From contig DODZ01000006.1 of assembly GCA_003524145.1 (NCBI GenBank), positions 3,234 to 67,233 of the forward strand: a stretch of DNA of 64,000 nt. The letters are read 5' to 3'. The position numbers and the translations under genes were made by a program. This DNA is from Candidatus Apopatosoma intestinale. Lineage in GTDB: Bacteria; Bacillota; Clostridia; Oscillospirales; CAG-272. Shown in pieces: positions 44,738 through 54,473 of the stretch (positions within the stretch are counted from its first letter, which is position 1; every line of letters begins with the position of its first letter). The notes beneath the pieces were generated by a model. That model saw only the letters and a list, made by a program, of their open reading frames with translations, searched no databases and was not told where the DNA came from.

Positions 44738-45466
44738 TTAGTTGTATATTTCATCAAATCCGAAGGGAAGTGCGCCGCAGTTTTCAATGGAGATTTTAGC
44801 AAGAACAAGAAGCGAGTCCATAAATCTGCATTCCGGACATATTTTTGCGGCATCGAGCAGTGAAAGCTCTGTGCAACCGAGCACTATTGCGTCGCAACCC
44901 GCATCGCAAAGCTCATGCGCCACAGCTCGGAATTTATCTGTATCGGGAGCTTTTGCACACTTCACACAGCCGTAGATTATATCCATGAGCGACGCCTGCG
45001 ATTTTTCGCTCGGGATGACATAATCAACGCCATGCTCCTCACATACTGTCTGGTATGAGCGGGATTTTACCGTCCCGTCCGTCGCCATGATTCCGATTTT
45101 TTTTATCCCTGCCTTTTTCGCCTGCTTTACCGTTTCTTCTATTATATTGAGGACGGGAACAGGCGAATCCTTATTTATCTCGCTGTAAAAATAATGCGCC
45201 GTATTGCATGGGATGGCGATTATATCGGCACCTGCCGTACAGAGCTTATGTATTCCCGCTTTCATCGCGGGAAGAGGGGAAATTTTACTTTTTCCTGTTA
45301 TAAATTCTGTTCTGTCCGGAATGGAAGCGCCGCTCAGAAGCACAATATCTATATGCTCCTGATCGCAGCTTGCTTTTGTATGCTCGGTTATCAGACTGTA
45401 GAAATATACGCTCGACATCGGTCCGAGTCCGCCGAGTATACCGAGGGTCTTTTTATTCTCATTCAT
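44738..45466 (-). CDS. aspartate/glutamate-family racemase (aspartate racemase-like)
   Basis: Two catalytic Cys motifs, IAIPCNTAHYF and VLGCTELSL. 242 aa. Confidence 0.8.
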   Translation of the reverse strand: MNENKKTLGILGGLGPMSSVYFYSLITEHTKASCDQEHIDIVLLSGASIPDRTEFITGKSKISPLPAMKAGIHKLCTAGADIIAIPCNTAHYFYSEINKDSPVPVLNIIEETVKQAKKAGIKKIGIMATDGTVKSRSYQTVCEEHGVDYVIPSEKSQASLMDIIYGCVKCAKAPDTDKFRAVAHELCDAGCDAIVLGCTELSLLDAAKICPECRFMDSLLVLAKISIENCGALPFGFDEIYN

Positions 45467-45483
45467 AGATTTCTCCGAAGGCT

Positions 45484-46698
45484 TCAGTGATAAAGCCTGT
45501 ATTTTTTATAGTATCTGAAATTGTGTATTAAAAAATATGCGTATCTGCAAGGATTTATTCGCAGGTCATAGCCGTAGCCGAGCGAAGAAGATACATTGCC
45601 GCTTTTTACTATCATTTTTGCCTTTTCGACAAGTGATTTGTCGGCGGTATATTTATATATCACGCCGAGAGGCACGGTATGCCAGAAGGTGTCCGGCTTG
45701 CCGTAAATTATCTCATCTCCGAGGGTGTCAAAGCAGTCCTCCACGATAAGACGGGCAATATTTATACCGCTTCCCGTGACATAATAGTTGCTCCGCCCCT
45801 GACGCAGATTTATCTCAAATACACGGCAGGTATCGTTTTCGGCATCATATTTTATATCGAAATTAGAAAACCCGCGATAGCCGATATCGTTGAGAAAATC
45901 TCGTATTTTATTGAACAGGGGTTCATTTCTGTATGTTATTATTGCGGCGTGGTTTCCTATCGCCTTCGGTGAATGCTCCTCGAGAAGAACATTTCCGAGG
46001 CACATCATGCGAACCTTGCCGTTCTTGTCGGAATAGCAGGTCAGAACAGACATATTGCAGTCGGCGCCGGCAACAAATCGCTGTAAAATTATTTTATCGG
46101 GATATCCCGATGTGTATATCTCCTTTATAATCAGAAGAGCCTCATCGGCGCTTTTTGCAGTATATACCTTTTTCATACCGTCAAAAGGATGCTTCCAGTA
46201 AAGCACGGAGCTGGATGGCTTGATTATCATCGGATAGCCGAAATCAGGAAGATTATCTGCCGTAGCTTCGTCAACCGAAGAAATTACTTTTGTATCGGGA
46301 TAAGGAATACCGTATTTCTCACAGGTTTCATAGAATGACGCCTTAAAAATAAGCCTGTTTACCAGCGACTCTGCGGGACACGGGCAGAAATAGTATTCCG
46401 AAAGCTTTTCTTGACTTAATATTATTTTTTCGGCATAGTCGTCAGTACAGCCGACGAGAAAGAGGGAAGAACCGGCATGCTCTTTTGCAAAGTCGATAAG
46501 CTTATCCGTCAGTGCAGAGTCTGTTATATCTTTATCTATAAGATGAAAATTTATAAATTTTGAATATTTTATCGTTCCGAGGTTACATTTTCCGAAAACC
46601 TCAGACATGACTCCGTATGCTTCGTGAAATGCTCTTGCCACGCTGTAGCAGTTCAGATCGGCACCAAGAAGCACAGGAATGATCTTTTTGTTTTTCAA
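45484..46698 (-). CDS. ATP-grasp carboxylate-amine ligase (candidate D-aspartate ligase for peptidoglycan side chains)
   Basis: 404 aa with ATP-grasp features (PMIIKP, ILQRFV, FEINLRQGRSNYY). Immediately upstream of the racemase and murE. Confidence 0.65.
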   Translation of the reverse strand: MKNKKIIPVLLGADLNCYSVARAFHEAYGVMSEVFGKCNLGTIKYSKFINFHLIDKDITDSALTDKLIDFAKEHAGSSLFLVGCTDDYAEKIILSQEKLSEYYFCPCPAESLVNRLIFKASFYETCEKYGIPYPDTKVISSVDEATADNLPDFGYPMIIKPSSSVLYWKHPFDGMKKVYTAKSADEALLIIKEIYTSGYPDKIILQRFVAGADCNMSVLTCYSDKNGKVRMMCLGNVLLEEHSPKAIGNHAAIITYRNEPLFNKIRDFLNDIGYRGFSNFDIKYDAENDTCRVFEINLRQGRSNYYVTGSGINIARLIVEDCFDTLGDEIIYGKPDTFWHTVPLGVIYKYTADKSLVEKAKMIVKSGNVSSSLGYGYDLRINPCRYAYFLIHNFRYYKKYRLYH

Positions 46699-46821
46699 CT
46701 TCCAAAGCCCCCATTTTCGGGTAAATATTTTAATATAAAATAGTATACCACATATTTCCGAAATAAAAATATATTTTTTGAAAAAAATTGAAAATTTCGG
46801 AAAAAAAGCCGCAAAAGAAAA

Positions 46822-46850
46822 AAATCCTCCGCAGGTGGGAGGATTTTTGC
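46822..46850 (-). terminator. terminator after the ferredoxin gene
   Basis: AAAUCCUCC-(7 nt)-GGAGGAUUU flanked by A/U runs on both strands. Confidence 0.7.
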
Positions 46851-46873
46851 CCTTTTTCTTACTGCAAATCAGA

Positions 46874-47047
46874 TTATTCGGCAGCAGGAGCCTCTACGGG
46901 GCAAGTACCCTGGCAAGCACCGCACTCAACGCACTCGTCGGGATTGATAACATACTTGCCGTCCTTTTCGGAAATAGCGCTTACCGGGCAAACATCAGCG
47001 CAGGAACCGCAACCGATGCACTTTTCGGAATCGATAACATAAGGCAT
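46874..47047 (-). CDS. 2x[4Fe-4S] ferredoxin
   Basis: 57 aa from ATG 47047 (GGAG upstream). Motifs CIGCGSCADVCP and CVECGACQGTCP. Confidence 0.85.
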   Translation of the reverse strand: MPYVIDSEKCIGCGSCADVCPVSAISEKDGKYVINPDECVECGACQGTCPVEAPAAE

Positions 47048-47244
47048 AATTATTCTCCGTTTCTCGGCAGCGATGAGATTTTGTTTGAGCGATGCCTTGC
47101 TGCCGCGGGGCATCATTACACTATCATTTTATCATAAAAATCGAAAAAGTCAAGTTTTTTGCGCGTAAAATAGCAAAGTAATAAATAAATTTTCGCCTTT
47201 GAGGGAAAATATTCATACAAAATCTGTTTTTTCGGAGATAAAGT

Positions 47245-47688
47245 ATGAATTTGGATTCAAAAAGCTATAAAAAATATGCAAAGGAACGCGCAAAAAAATC
47301 GCCGCTGGCAAAGGACTCTTTGATGGCATTCCTTATCGGCGGTGCCATCTGCATGCTCGGGCAGGCTATAATGATTATATATAAAGCCGTGGGTGTGCCG
47401 GATGATATGGCAAAAAGCCTCGTTCCCGTGACACTGATTTTTCTCGCCGCTCTTTTTACGGGCATCGGGATATTCGATAATCTTGCAAAGATTGCAGGTG
47501 CGGGTACTCTCGTGCCGATAACAGGCTTTGCAAACGCCGTAGTCTCTCCCGCGATAGATAATAAAAGCGAGGGTTTTATCATGGGCGTCGGAGCAAAAAT
47601 GTTTGTTGTAGCCGGTCCCGTCATAGTTTACGGTATCATAAGTTCTGTACTTTACGGTATTGTATACTATATCGTCGGGCTTTTTTGA
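47245..47688 (+). CDS. spoVAC: stage V sporulation protein AC
   Basis: 147-aa membrane protein. Contains a GAGTLVPITGFANAV segment, and gene order is as in spoVA operons. Confidence 0.85.
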   Translation: MNLDSKSYKKYAKERAKKSPLAKDSLMAFLIGGAICMLGQAIMIIYKAVGVPDDMAKSLVPVTLIFLAALFTGIGIFDNLAKIAGAGTLVPITGFANAVVSPAIDNKSEGFIMGVGAKMFVVAGPVIVYGIISSVLYGIVYYIVGLF

Positions 47689-47696
47689 GGTGGCGC

Positions 47697-48689
47697 ATGA
47701 ATGTGATAAAAATAAGTAAACCGGTATATATTTCGGGGACAGCGGCGATAGTCGGCAAAAGGGAACACGAGGGACCTCTCGGCGCGGATTTCGATATGCA
47801 CGATGACAGCGAAAAATTCGGCATGGACACATGGGAAAAAGCGGAAAGTGAAATGCAGCGCCGCGCACTGACGCTTGCTCTGGCAAATGCCGGCATGGGA
47901 GGCAAATCCCCTGACGCTGTATTTGCCGGTGACCTGATGAATCAATGCACAAGCTCTGCCTACGGGCTCATGGATTTTCATGCACCGTATTTCGGACTTT
48001 ACGGTGCATGCTCCACCTTTGCCGAATCGCTGATGCTTTCAGCGCTCATGGTAAATGCGGGATATTTCAATGTATGCGCCGCCGTTACCTCGTCGCATTT
48101 CTGCACGGCGGAGAGGCAATTCCGCTTTCCGCTTGAATACGGCGGTCAGCGTACACCTACGGCACAGCGCACGGCTACGGCATCCGGTGCCGCCGTTATT
48201 TCCTCGACTTCTGCTTTGAATATAAAGATATCCGAAGTTCTTCCCGGGCGCATTATCGATAAAGGCATAACCGATATAAACAATATGGGGGCGGCGATGG
48301 CTCCCGCCGCTATAGACACGTTGGTAAGGTATTTCGGGGATACGGGAAGCCGCCCCGATGATTTTGATATGATACTGACAGGCGACCTCGGCAGAGAGGG
48401 ACACGGCATCGTCTGCGATATCATGCTTGCTGAAGGAATTGACGTAAGAAACGTATACAGCGATTGCGGACTGCTCCTCTACAATATAGAAAGTCAGGAT
48501 ATGCACGCAGGCGGCTCCGGATGCGGTTGCAGTGCCGCCGTGATAGCCGGACATATAATGAAAAGAATGCGTGCGGGCGAACTGCGCAATGTGCTCTATC
48601 TCGCAACTGGCGCGCTGATGAGCCCCGGAAGTATTTTTCAGGGATTAAGCATACCCGCTATCGCTCATCTCGTTCATCTCACCGCATAA
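47697..48689 (+). CDS. spoVAD: stage V sporulation protein AD
   Basis: About 330-aa thiolase-fold-like protein between spoVAC and spoVAE. ATG 47697 follows GAGGTGG. Confidence 0.85.
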   Translation: MNVIKISKPVYISGTAAIVGKREHEGPLGADFDMHDDSEKFGMDTWEKAESEMQRRALTLALANAGMGGKSPDAVFAGDLMNQCTSSAYGLMDFHAPYFGLYGACSTFAESLMLSALMVNAGYFNVCAAVTSSHFCTAERQFRFPLEYGGQRTPTAQRTATASGAAVISSTSALNIKISEVLPGRIIDKGITDINNMGAAMAPAAIDTLVRYFGDTGSRPDDFDMILTGDLGREGHGIVCDIMLAEGIDVRNVYSDCGLLLYNIESQDMHAGGSGCGCSAAVIAGHIMKRMRAGELRNVLYLATGALMSPGSIFQGLSIPAIAHLVHLTA

Positions 48690-48699
48690 GGAGAACAAA

Positions 48700-49068
48700 A
48701 TGGATACTTTTCTCGGATTGCTGAAAGCATTTGCTGTAGGAGGCGTTTTCTGCCTTATTGCGCAGATACTCATAGACAAAACCGCCATTACCCCCGCAAA
48801 AATACTTGTGCTGTATGTCACGGCGGGCATATTTCTCACCGCACTCGGACTGTATGAGCCACTTGTTGATTTTGCGGGATGCGGAGCGACGACACCGCTT
48901 ACCGGCTTCGGTTATTCACTCGCCAAAGGCGTGCGTAAAGCGGTAGATGAAACAGGGATTTTCGGTGCGCTGACAGGAGGCTTTACCGGCACTGCGGCAG
49001 GCATTTGCGCGGCGATAACCTTTGGATATATATTCACCCTCATATTCCGCGGCAGACCGCGCGACTGA
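48700..49068 (+). CDS. spoVAE: stage V sporulation protein AE (AEB-type)
   Basis: 122-aa membrane protein with PLTGFGYSLAKG and GALTGGF segments. Third gene of the spoVA cluster. Confidence 0.8.
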   Translation: MDTFLGLLKAFAVGGVFCLIAQILIDKTAITPAKILVLYVTAGIFLTALGLYEPLVDFAGCGATTPLTGFGYSLAKGVRKAVDETGIFGALTGGFTGTAAGICAAITFGYIFTLIFRGRPRD

Positions 49069-49083
49069 TCTGCAAATGGCTTT

Positions 49084-49127
49084 ACCCGATGATAACGACT
49101 TTTTTGAAGCATTATCATCGGGTTTTC
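49084..49127 (+). terminator. spoVA operon terminator
   Basis: ACCCGAUGAUAA-(16 nt)-UUAUCAUCGGGU followed by UUUU. Confidence 0.7.
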
Positions 49128-49160
49128 ATCTGTCTGCGGCTCTAAATTGCCTGTAAATTC

Positions 49161-49189
49161 TTGACAATGCCGCCCCTCTTTGATATAAT
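49161..49189 (+). promoter_or_regulatory. sigma-A-type promoter of darA-holB-ricT
   Basis: TTGACA, 17-nt spacer, TATAAT with upstream TG. Confidence 0.5.
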
Positions 49190-49214
49190 AGAGAAAAAAG
49201 CGGAGGTTTTCATC

Positions 49215-49541
49215 ATGAAACTTATTATAGCGATAGTAAATAACGACGATGCGCATTTCGTAAACACGAGCCTTACGGGCGCCGGCTTCCATATCACCAA
49301 GATTTCGTCTACGGGCGGATTTCTGCTGAGCGGAAACTCTACTTTTCTTCTCGGTGTTGATGAAAGCCGTATCGATGAGGCTCTCGAAATAATCAAAACT
49401 CACAGCAAGAGACGTACGCAGAATGTACCGCTTACAGTTCCCGGTGCCATGGCAAACAGTGCCATGATGAATACGGCAAGCGTTACCGTCGGTGGAGCCA
49501 CGGCTTTTATAATCGATGTTGAAAAGTATATAAGATTTTAA
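49215..49541 (+). CDS. darA: PII-like cyclic-di-AMP receptor DarA
   Basis: 108 aa collinear with B. subtilis DarA (YaaQ). It sits directly upstream of holB as in Bacillus. Start at MKLIIAIV (the track ORF starts at 49161). Confidence 0.85.
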   Translation: MKLIIAIVNNDDAHFVNTSLTGAGFHITKISSTGGFLLSGNSTFLLGVDESRIDEALEIIKTHSKRRTQNVPLTVPGAMANSAMMNTASVTVGGATAFIIDVEKYIRF

Positions 49542-50548
49542 TGAAAAACGATAATTTTGTACTGCTCGGAAACGAAGAAGCCAGGCAGTATCTTGCGGGC
49601 GCAATTTCCGCGGGAAAGCTGTCTCACGCTTATATTTTTGAGGGGGCAACAGGCTCCGGCAGGAAAACGCTTGCCCGCAGAATATGCATGCTCATGGCTT
49701 GCAGCGAGCACGGCGATGAACCGTGCGGCTTGTGTGAAAACTGCGTTGCCGTCGCGCACGGCACCTGCCCGGACATACATATGCTTACCGTGGAAGAGGA
49801 AAAAAAGACGATAGGTGTAGACGAGGTACGCAATTTCTTTGCCACCGCCTCACTTACCCCGTCTGTTCTTGATTTCAAGGCGTATATCATTGATAAAGCC
49901 GATGCTCTGACGCTTCAGGCACAGAATGCATTGCTTAAAATCATAGAGGAGCCGCCTTCACATACGTATATATTCCTGATTTGCGAAAATTCGGAAAAGC
50001 TGCTTTCCACGGTTCGTTCGAGAACACAAAAAATAATAATGCAGGCTTTCGAAGCGCCGAAAATCGAGGAATATATAAAGAAAATCGGCATTGCATATGA
50101 TGAGGAGTCGCTTCATTTTGCTGTACGCAATGCATCCGGCAGCATAGGAAAAGCGATAGAGCTTTTAACGGAAAAAACGCTGGACAGGGAAGCTTACGAT
50201 ATTGCGCGTTCTGTCGTCTCGGCGCAAAATTCCAAAAATGAAGAGATCTCCTATTTTGATTTTCTCAAAATATTCAGCGATAAGATAAACTCGCGGGAGC
50301 TTCTTCTGAAGGTCTGCTCATGCCTTACGCGGGCATATGCCGATATCATCGCTTATTCAGTGAAAAACAGTGATGACATGAACTTTTTTACTCTTGATGA
50401 GATGAACAGGATATCATGCAATATCGGCGTTGACAGCGCAATAAAATGTTCTGAAGCTGTCATGAAAACGGCGCTTCTTCAGCAATCAAATGTAAATATC
50501 ACCTTGTCTCTGGCAGTGCTTGCCTCCATGTTATGGAATAATATATAA
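49541..50548 (+). CDS. holB: DNA polymerase III delta' subunit
   Basis: AAA+-like FEGATGSGRKTLA, zinc module CGLCENCVAVAHGTCPD, and SRTQ sensor motif. Confidence 0.85.
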   Translation: MKNDNFVLLGNEEARQYLAGAISAGKLSHAYIFEGATGSGRKTLARRICMLMACSEHGDEPCGLCENCVAVAHGTCPDIHMLTVEEEKKTIGVDEVRNFFATASLTPSVLDFKAYIIDKADALTLQAQNALLKIIEEPPSHTYIFLICENSEKLLSTVRSRTQKIIMQAFEAPKIEEYIKKIGIAYDEESLHFAVRNASGSIGKAIELLTEKTLDREAYDIARSVVSAQNSKNEEISYFDFLKIFSDKINSRELLLKVCSCLTRAYADIIAYSVKNSDDMNFFTLDEMNRISCNIGVDSAIKCSEAVMKTALLQQSNVNITLSLAVLASMLWNNI

Positions 50549-50562
50549 AAACGGAGAATAAT

Positions 50563-51465
50563 ATGAATAGAGAGAATATAGATAGCGAGAACGTAACCGC
50601 AGAAGAAAAAACCTCCTATGAAATAGTGGGTGTTAGATTCAAAGAGAATGGAAAAACATACTACTTTGACCCACAGGGCACGGCATGTACCACCGATGAC
50701 AAAGTTATAGTGGAAACAGCCCGCGGTTTGGAATTCGGGTATGTATCGATTGCAAATCGTATTGTAGATGCGTCAAAGGTAATTTTGCCTCTGCGCCCCG
50801 TCGTCAGAATAGCGATATCTGCCGATATGGAACGCTATAATGCAAATAAGGAAAAGGAAAGGGAAGCGTTTGCTGTTTGCATGGAAAAGATTGCCGCACG
50901 AAAGCTTGAAATGAAGCTTGTCGATGTGGAATATACCTTTGATAATACAAAGCTGATTTTCTATTTCACAGCCGACGGAAGAATCGACTTCCGCGAGCTT
51001 GTAAAAGACCTCGCGGCTGTATTCAAAACAAGAATTGAGCTTCGTCAGATAGGCATACGCGACGAGACAAAGCTCATCGGCGGATTAGGCGTCTGCGGCA
51101 GACCTTTCTGCTGTAAAAAATTTTTGCCCGATTTCGTTCAGGTATCTATAAAGATGGCAAAGGAACAGAATCTTTCGCTCAATTCGCAGAAGATTTCCGG
51201 TGCCTGCGGCAGACTCATGTGCTGCCTGCGATATGAGCATGAAGTATATGAGGAGGAGCTGAAAAGGACACCGAAGCTTGACAGCGAGGTCGTGACTCCG
51301 GACGGAATCGGAACAGTTTGTGAAATAAATCCTCTTGCGGGGCTCGTGAAAGTCCGCCTTTTCGAGGCGCAGACGGTAAAGCAGTATTCCCGCGATGATG
51401 TAAAGCAGACTGAAAAAAAGAGCGGCTCAAACGAAACGGAAGATAAAAGCTCCGATAATAAATAA
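50563..51465 (+). CDS. ricT: PSP1-domain protein RicT (YaaT)
   Basis: PSP1 C-terminal region with the Cys cluster CGRPFCCKKFL...CGRLMCCLRYE. Conserved position after holB. Confidence 0.85.
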   Translation: MNRENIDSENVTAEEKTSYEIVGVRFKENGKTYYFDPQGTACTTDDKVIVETARGLEFGYVSIANRIVDASKVILPLRPVVRIAISADMERYNANKEKEREAFAVCMEKIAARKLEMKLVDVEYTFDNTKLIFYFTADGRIDFRELVKDLAAVFKTRIELRQIGIRDETKLIGGLGVCGRPFCCKKFLPDFVQVSIKMAKEQNLSLNSQKISGACGRLMCCLRYEHEVYEEELKRTPKLDSEVVTPDGIGTVCEINPLAGLVKVRLFEAQTVKQYSRDDVKQTEKKSGSNETEDKSSDNK

Positions 51466-51470
51466 ACAAT

Positions 51471-52725
51471 GGTAACCTCTAAAAATTCATAAAAAATTGT
51501 TAAAAAAATCGTCAGATTATGGTATAATAAAGATACTATAATAAAGGCGGTTGAAATGAAATGCAGATCAATCTTTTTGCGGAAGAAACACAATTACAGA
51601 GATTATCCGAACTCGGAGATTCATTGGAAAAACTGAATGTTATAGACTTTGAATCATTCAGACCTTTGCTTGAAAAGGTAAATTGTAAAGAACGTAAAAG
51701 CAAAGCCGGCAGACCGTCGTATGATGTTGTAATGATGTTCAAAATACTCGTATTGCAACGATTGTTTAATTTATCTGATGATCAAACTGAATACCAGATA
51801 ACTGATCGAATGAGCTTTCAGCGTTTTATTGGCTTATCATTGGGAGAGCGTGTACCTGATGCAAAAACAATCTGGCTTTTTAAGGATACCATTACGCAAA
51901 AAGAAATAATTGAGCCTTTATTTAATCAGTTCACAGCGCAATTGGAATCGCAAGGTATTATAACGCATACAGGAACAATTGTTGATGCGACTTTTGTGGA
52001 TGCACCGCGTCAGCGCAACACTCGTGAGGAAAACAATCAAATTAAAAATGGCGAGATACCCAAAGAATGGGAGAAAAATACCCATAAACTTGCGCAAAAA
52101 GATACAGACGCCCGTTGGACAAAGAAAAATGATGAAACTCATTACGGATATAAAAATCATGTAAAAGTGGATGCCGACAGTAAGATTATTACGGATTACG
52201 CAACCACATCAGCAAATATACATGACAGCAATGAATTTTCAGAATTTCTCGGAGAAGCTGACAAGGTAATATACGCTGACAGCGCCTATGTGGGAAAAGA
52301 AATTCCGAAACATGTAGAAAACCGCATATGTGAAAAAGGATATCGCGGCAAACCGTTGACTGATGAACAAAAAGAAAGCAATCGAAGAAAATCAAAAATT
52401 CGATGCAGAATTGAGCATGTGTTTGGATTTATTACCGTATCTATGCATGGTCTTACTGTGCGTTCCATTGGCATAAAGCGAGCAGAGTTTAATATAGGTC
52501 TTACAAACCTTGTTTATAACTTTTGCAGATATACTATTTTAAAACGAAAAGAGGTGTACATGGGATAACTATGCCCAAATGAGAATAATTCTGAATATTT
52601 AGGGCTTATCCTCCCTGAATATTTAGCGAGAATCAATGGCAATCGGCTATTTCTTGCCTTGATTTTTGAAAAAATAATCGAAATAGCAAAATATTATGAT
52701 TGGGAATCAATTTTTAGAGGTTCCC
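51471..52725 (+). mobile_element. IS5-family insertion sequence (1255 bp), apparently intact
   Basis: Terminal inverted repeats GGTAACCTCTAAAAATT (51471-51487) and GGGAACCTCTAAAAATT (revcomp of 52709-52725). They are flanked by the direct repeat TAAACAAT (51463-51470 and 52726-52733). Confidence 0.85.
51561..52568 (+). CDS. IS5-family DDE transposase
   Basis: 335 aa. InsH-type N-terminal domain (GRPSYDVVMMFKILVLQRLFNLSDDQTEYQI.DRMSFQRFIGL). DDE-region segments VDATFVDAP, ADSAYVG and RCRIEHVFGFI. Confidence 0.9.
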   Translation: MQINLFAEETQLQRLSELGDSLEKLNVIDFESFRPLLEKVNCKERKSKAGRPSYDVVMMFKILVLQRLFNLSDDQTEYQITDRMSFQRFIGLSLGERVPDAKTIWLFKDTITQKEIIEPLFNQFTAQLESQGIITHTGTIVDATFVDAPRQRNTREENNQIKNGEIPKEWEKNTHKLAQKDTDARWTKKNDETHYGYKNHVKVDADSKIITDYATTSANIHDSNEFSEFLGEADKVIYADSAYVGKEIPKHVENRICEKGYRGKPLTDEQKESNRRKSKIRCRIEHVFGFITVSMHGLTVRSIGIKRAEFNIGLTNLVYNFCRYTILKRKEVYMG

Positions 52726-52767
52726 TAAACAATGTGATTATTGCATTTAAGGAAGGAAATTTTCACA

Positions 52768-53595
52768 ATGCGTTTTATTGAGATATTAAAATCCGTTTTT
52801 CTCGGTATAGTCGAGGGAATAACGGAATGGCTTCCGATAAGCAGTACGGGACATATGCTCCTTGTTGACGAATTTCTCACGCTTGATATGAGTGAGAGCT
52901 TCAAGGAGATGTATTTCTATGTTGTCCAGCTCGGCGCGATACTTGCCGTTGTCCTGCTTTTCCGGAATAAAATGTTTCCGTTTCAGTTCAAGGATAAATC
53001 ACAGCCCGTTTTCAGAAAAGATGTATTTTCCACATGGCTCAAGGTAGTTGTGGCATGCATTCCGGGCGCTGTGGTAACGCTGCTTTTCGATGATTATATT
53101 GAGGCTCATCTGCATACGCCGCTTGTCATTGCGATAGCATTGATTTTCTATGGCATAGCTTTCATTATAATCGAGGCATGGAACAAAAAGAGAACTCCGA
53201 AAGTGGAAACGCTCGGAGATATCAGCTATTATACGGCGTTGCTCATCGGGCTTTTTCAGGTGCTTTCCATAATCCCGGGAACATCGCGCAGCGGCGCTAC
53301 AATAATAGGAGCGTTGCTCATCGGCGTATCGAGAGTTGCGGCGGCGGAATTTACATTCTTCCTTGCCGTCCCCGTAATGTTCGGCATGAGCGCGATAAAG
53401 ATTGCCAAATTCGGTCTGCATTTTTCGGCGGAAGAGGCAATAATACTTGCGGTCGGCACTATAGTGGCATTCTTTGTCTCTGTGGCAGTGATAAAATTCC
53501 TCATGGGATATATCAAAAAGCATGATTTCACCGTGTTCGGCTGGTACAGAATAGCGCTTGGCATACTTGTGATTTTATTGATGTGCATAAAGTAA
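52768..53595 (+). CDS. uppP: undecaprenyl-diphosphate phosphatase
   Basis: EWLPISSTGHM and PGTSRSGATI motifs. ATG 52768 follows AAGGAAGG. Confidence 0.9.
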   Translation: MRFIEILKSVFLGIVEGITEWLPISSTGHMLLVDEFLTLDMSESFKEMYFYVVQLGAILAVVLLFRNKMFPFQFKDKSQPVFRKDVFSTWLKVVVACIPGAVVTLLFDDYIEAHLHTPLVIAIALIFYGIAFIIIEAWNKKRTPKVETLGDISYYTALLIGLFQVLSIIPGTSRSGATIIGALLIGVSRVAAAEFTFFLAVPVMFGMSAIKIAKFGLHFSAEEAIILAVGTIVAFFVSVAVIKFLMGYIKKHDFTVFGWYRIALGILVILLMCIK

Positions 53596-53636
53596 TGTAA
53601 AAAGGCAGACCAAAGTCTGCCTTTTTGCTGTGATTA

Positions 53637-54215
53637 TTAACTTTTGATATATTTTTTCAGAGCATCTGCATACTTCGGATTTTTCAGAAGCTCGGCGCGC
53701 CTGCCGCTTTTTGCGTTCATACGCAAATCTGTAATCAAATCAATAAGCGGCTTTTCGCGCCGTTCCGCAGGGCGGCAATCGTAGAAAGCATGGTAAAGCG
53801 TATCTTCTTTTTTCATGCGTTCGGTCAGCAGTGATGCGGCAAAAAGATATTTTTCCTGTATTGCCGCGACCTGTTCATCCGTGCCGCCACGGTAGCTGGG
53901 ATAGTCACTATAAGCCTTAGTGATGAATTCGCGGGTCTTTTCAGCACCGATTTTTAGATATGATTTCAGATATAATTCGACTGTGCTATCGATATCAGCC
54001 TGAATTTTTTCCTTATTATATCCCATGAGTTCATCAAGACTCACGCCGAAATAATATGCCAGTGGTTGCAAAAGGGTGATATCGGGATAAGTTTCATCGC
54101 GCTCCCATTTGCTTACAGCCGCAGAGCTGACATTCATTGCCGCAGAAAGCTCATCCTGTGTGATTCCTTTTTTCTGCCGCAAGCTTTTGATATTGGCACC
54201 TATTGTTATTTTCAT
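53637..54215 (-). CDS. XRE-family HTH transcriptional regulator with a C-terminal domain of unknown function
   Basis: N-terminal IKSLRQKKGITQDELSAAMNVSSAAVSKWE. Confidence 0.8.
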   Translation of the reverse strand: MKITIGANIKSLRQKKGITQDELSAAMNVSSAAVSKWERDETYPDITLLQPLAYYFGVSLDELMGYNKEKIQADIDSTVELYLKSYLKIGAEKTREFITKAYSDYPSYRGGTDEQVAAIQEKYLFAASLLTERMKKEDTLYHAFYDCRPAERREKPLIDLITDLRMNAKSGRRAELLKNPKYADALKKYIKS

Positions 54216-54473
54216 AAATGTCTCCTTGAAAATTAAGATAAGCTGACGCCTGCTTCCGATTATATTATAGCAACGAATTGCGCGAAAGTAAAGAGACTGT
54301 CATTCAATATGAAATTAACCGCCGGAATAAAGACGCGGGAAGAAGAGCTTGTGCATGCCTGCTATGCGCTTGGTTAGCAGAGCAGTCACCGACTTTTATA
54401 CAAAATCTGCCTTTTGTAATTTAATTGCAGACACCGCACGACCAGCGGGAAGTGCGGCTCTTTCAATGGATGA

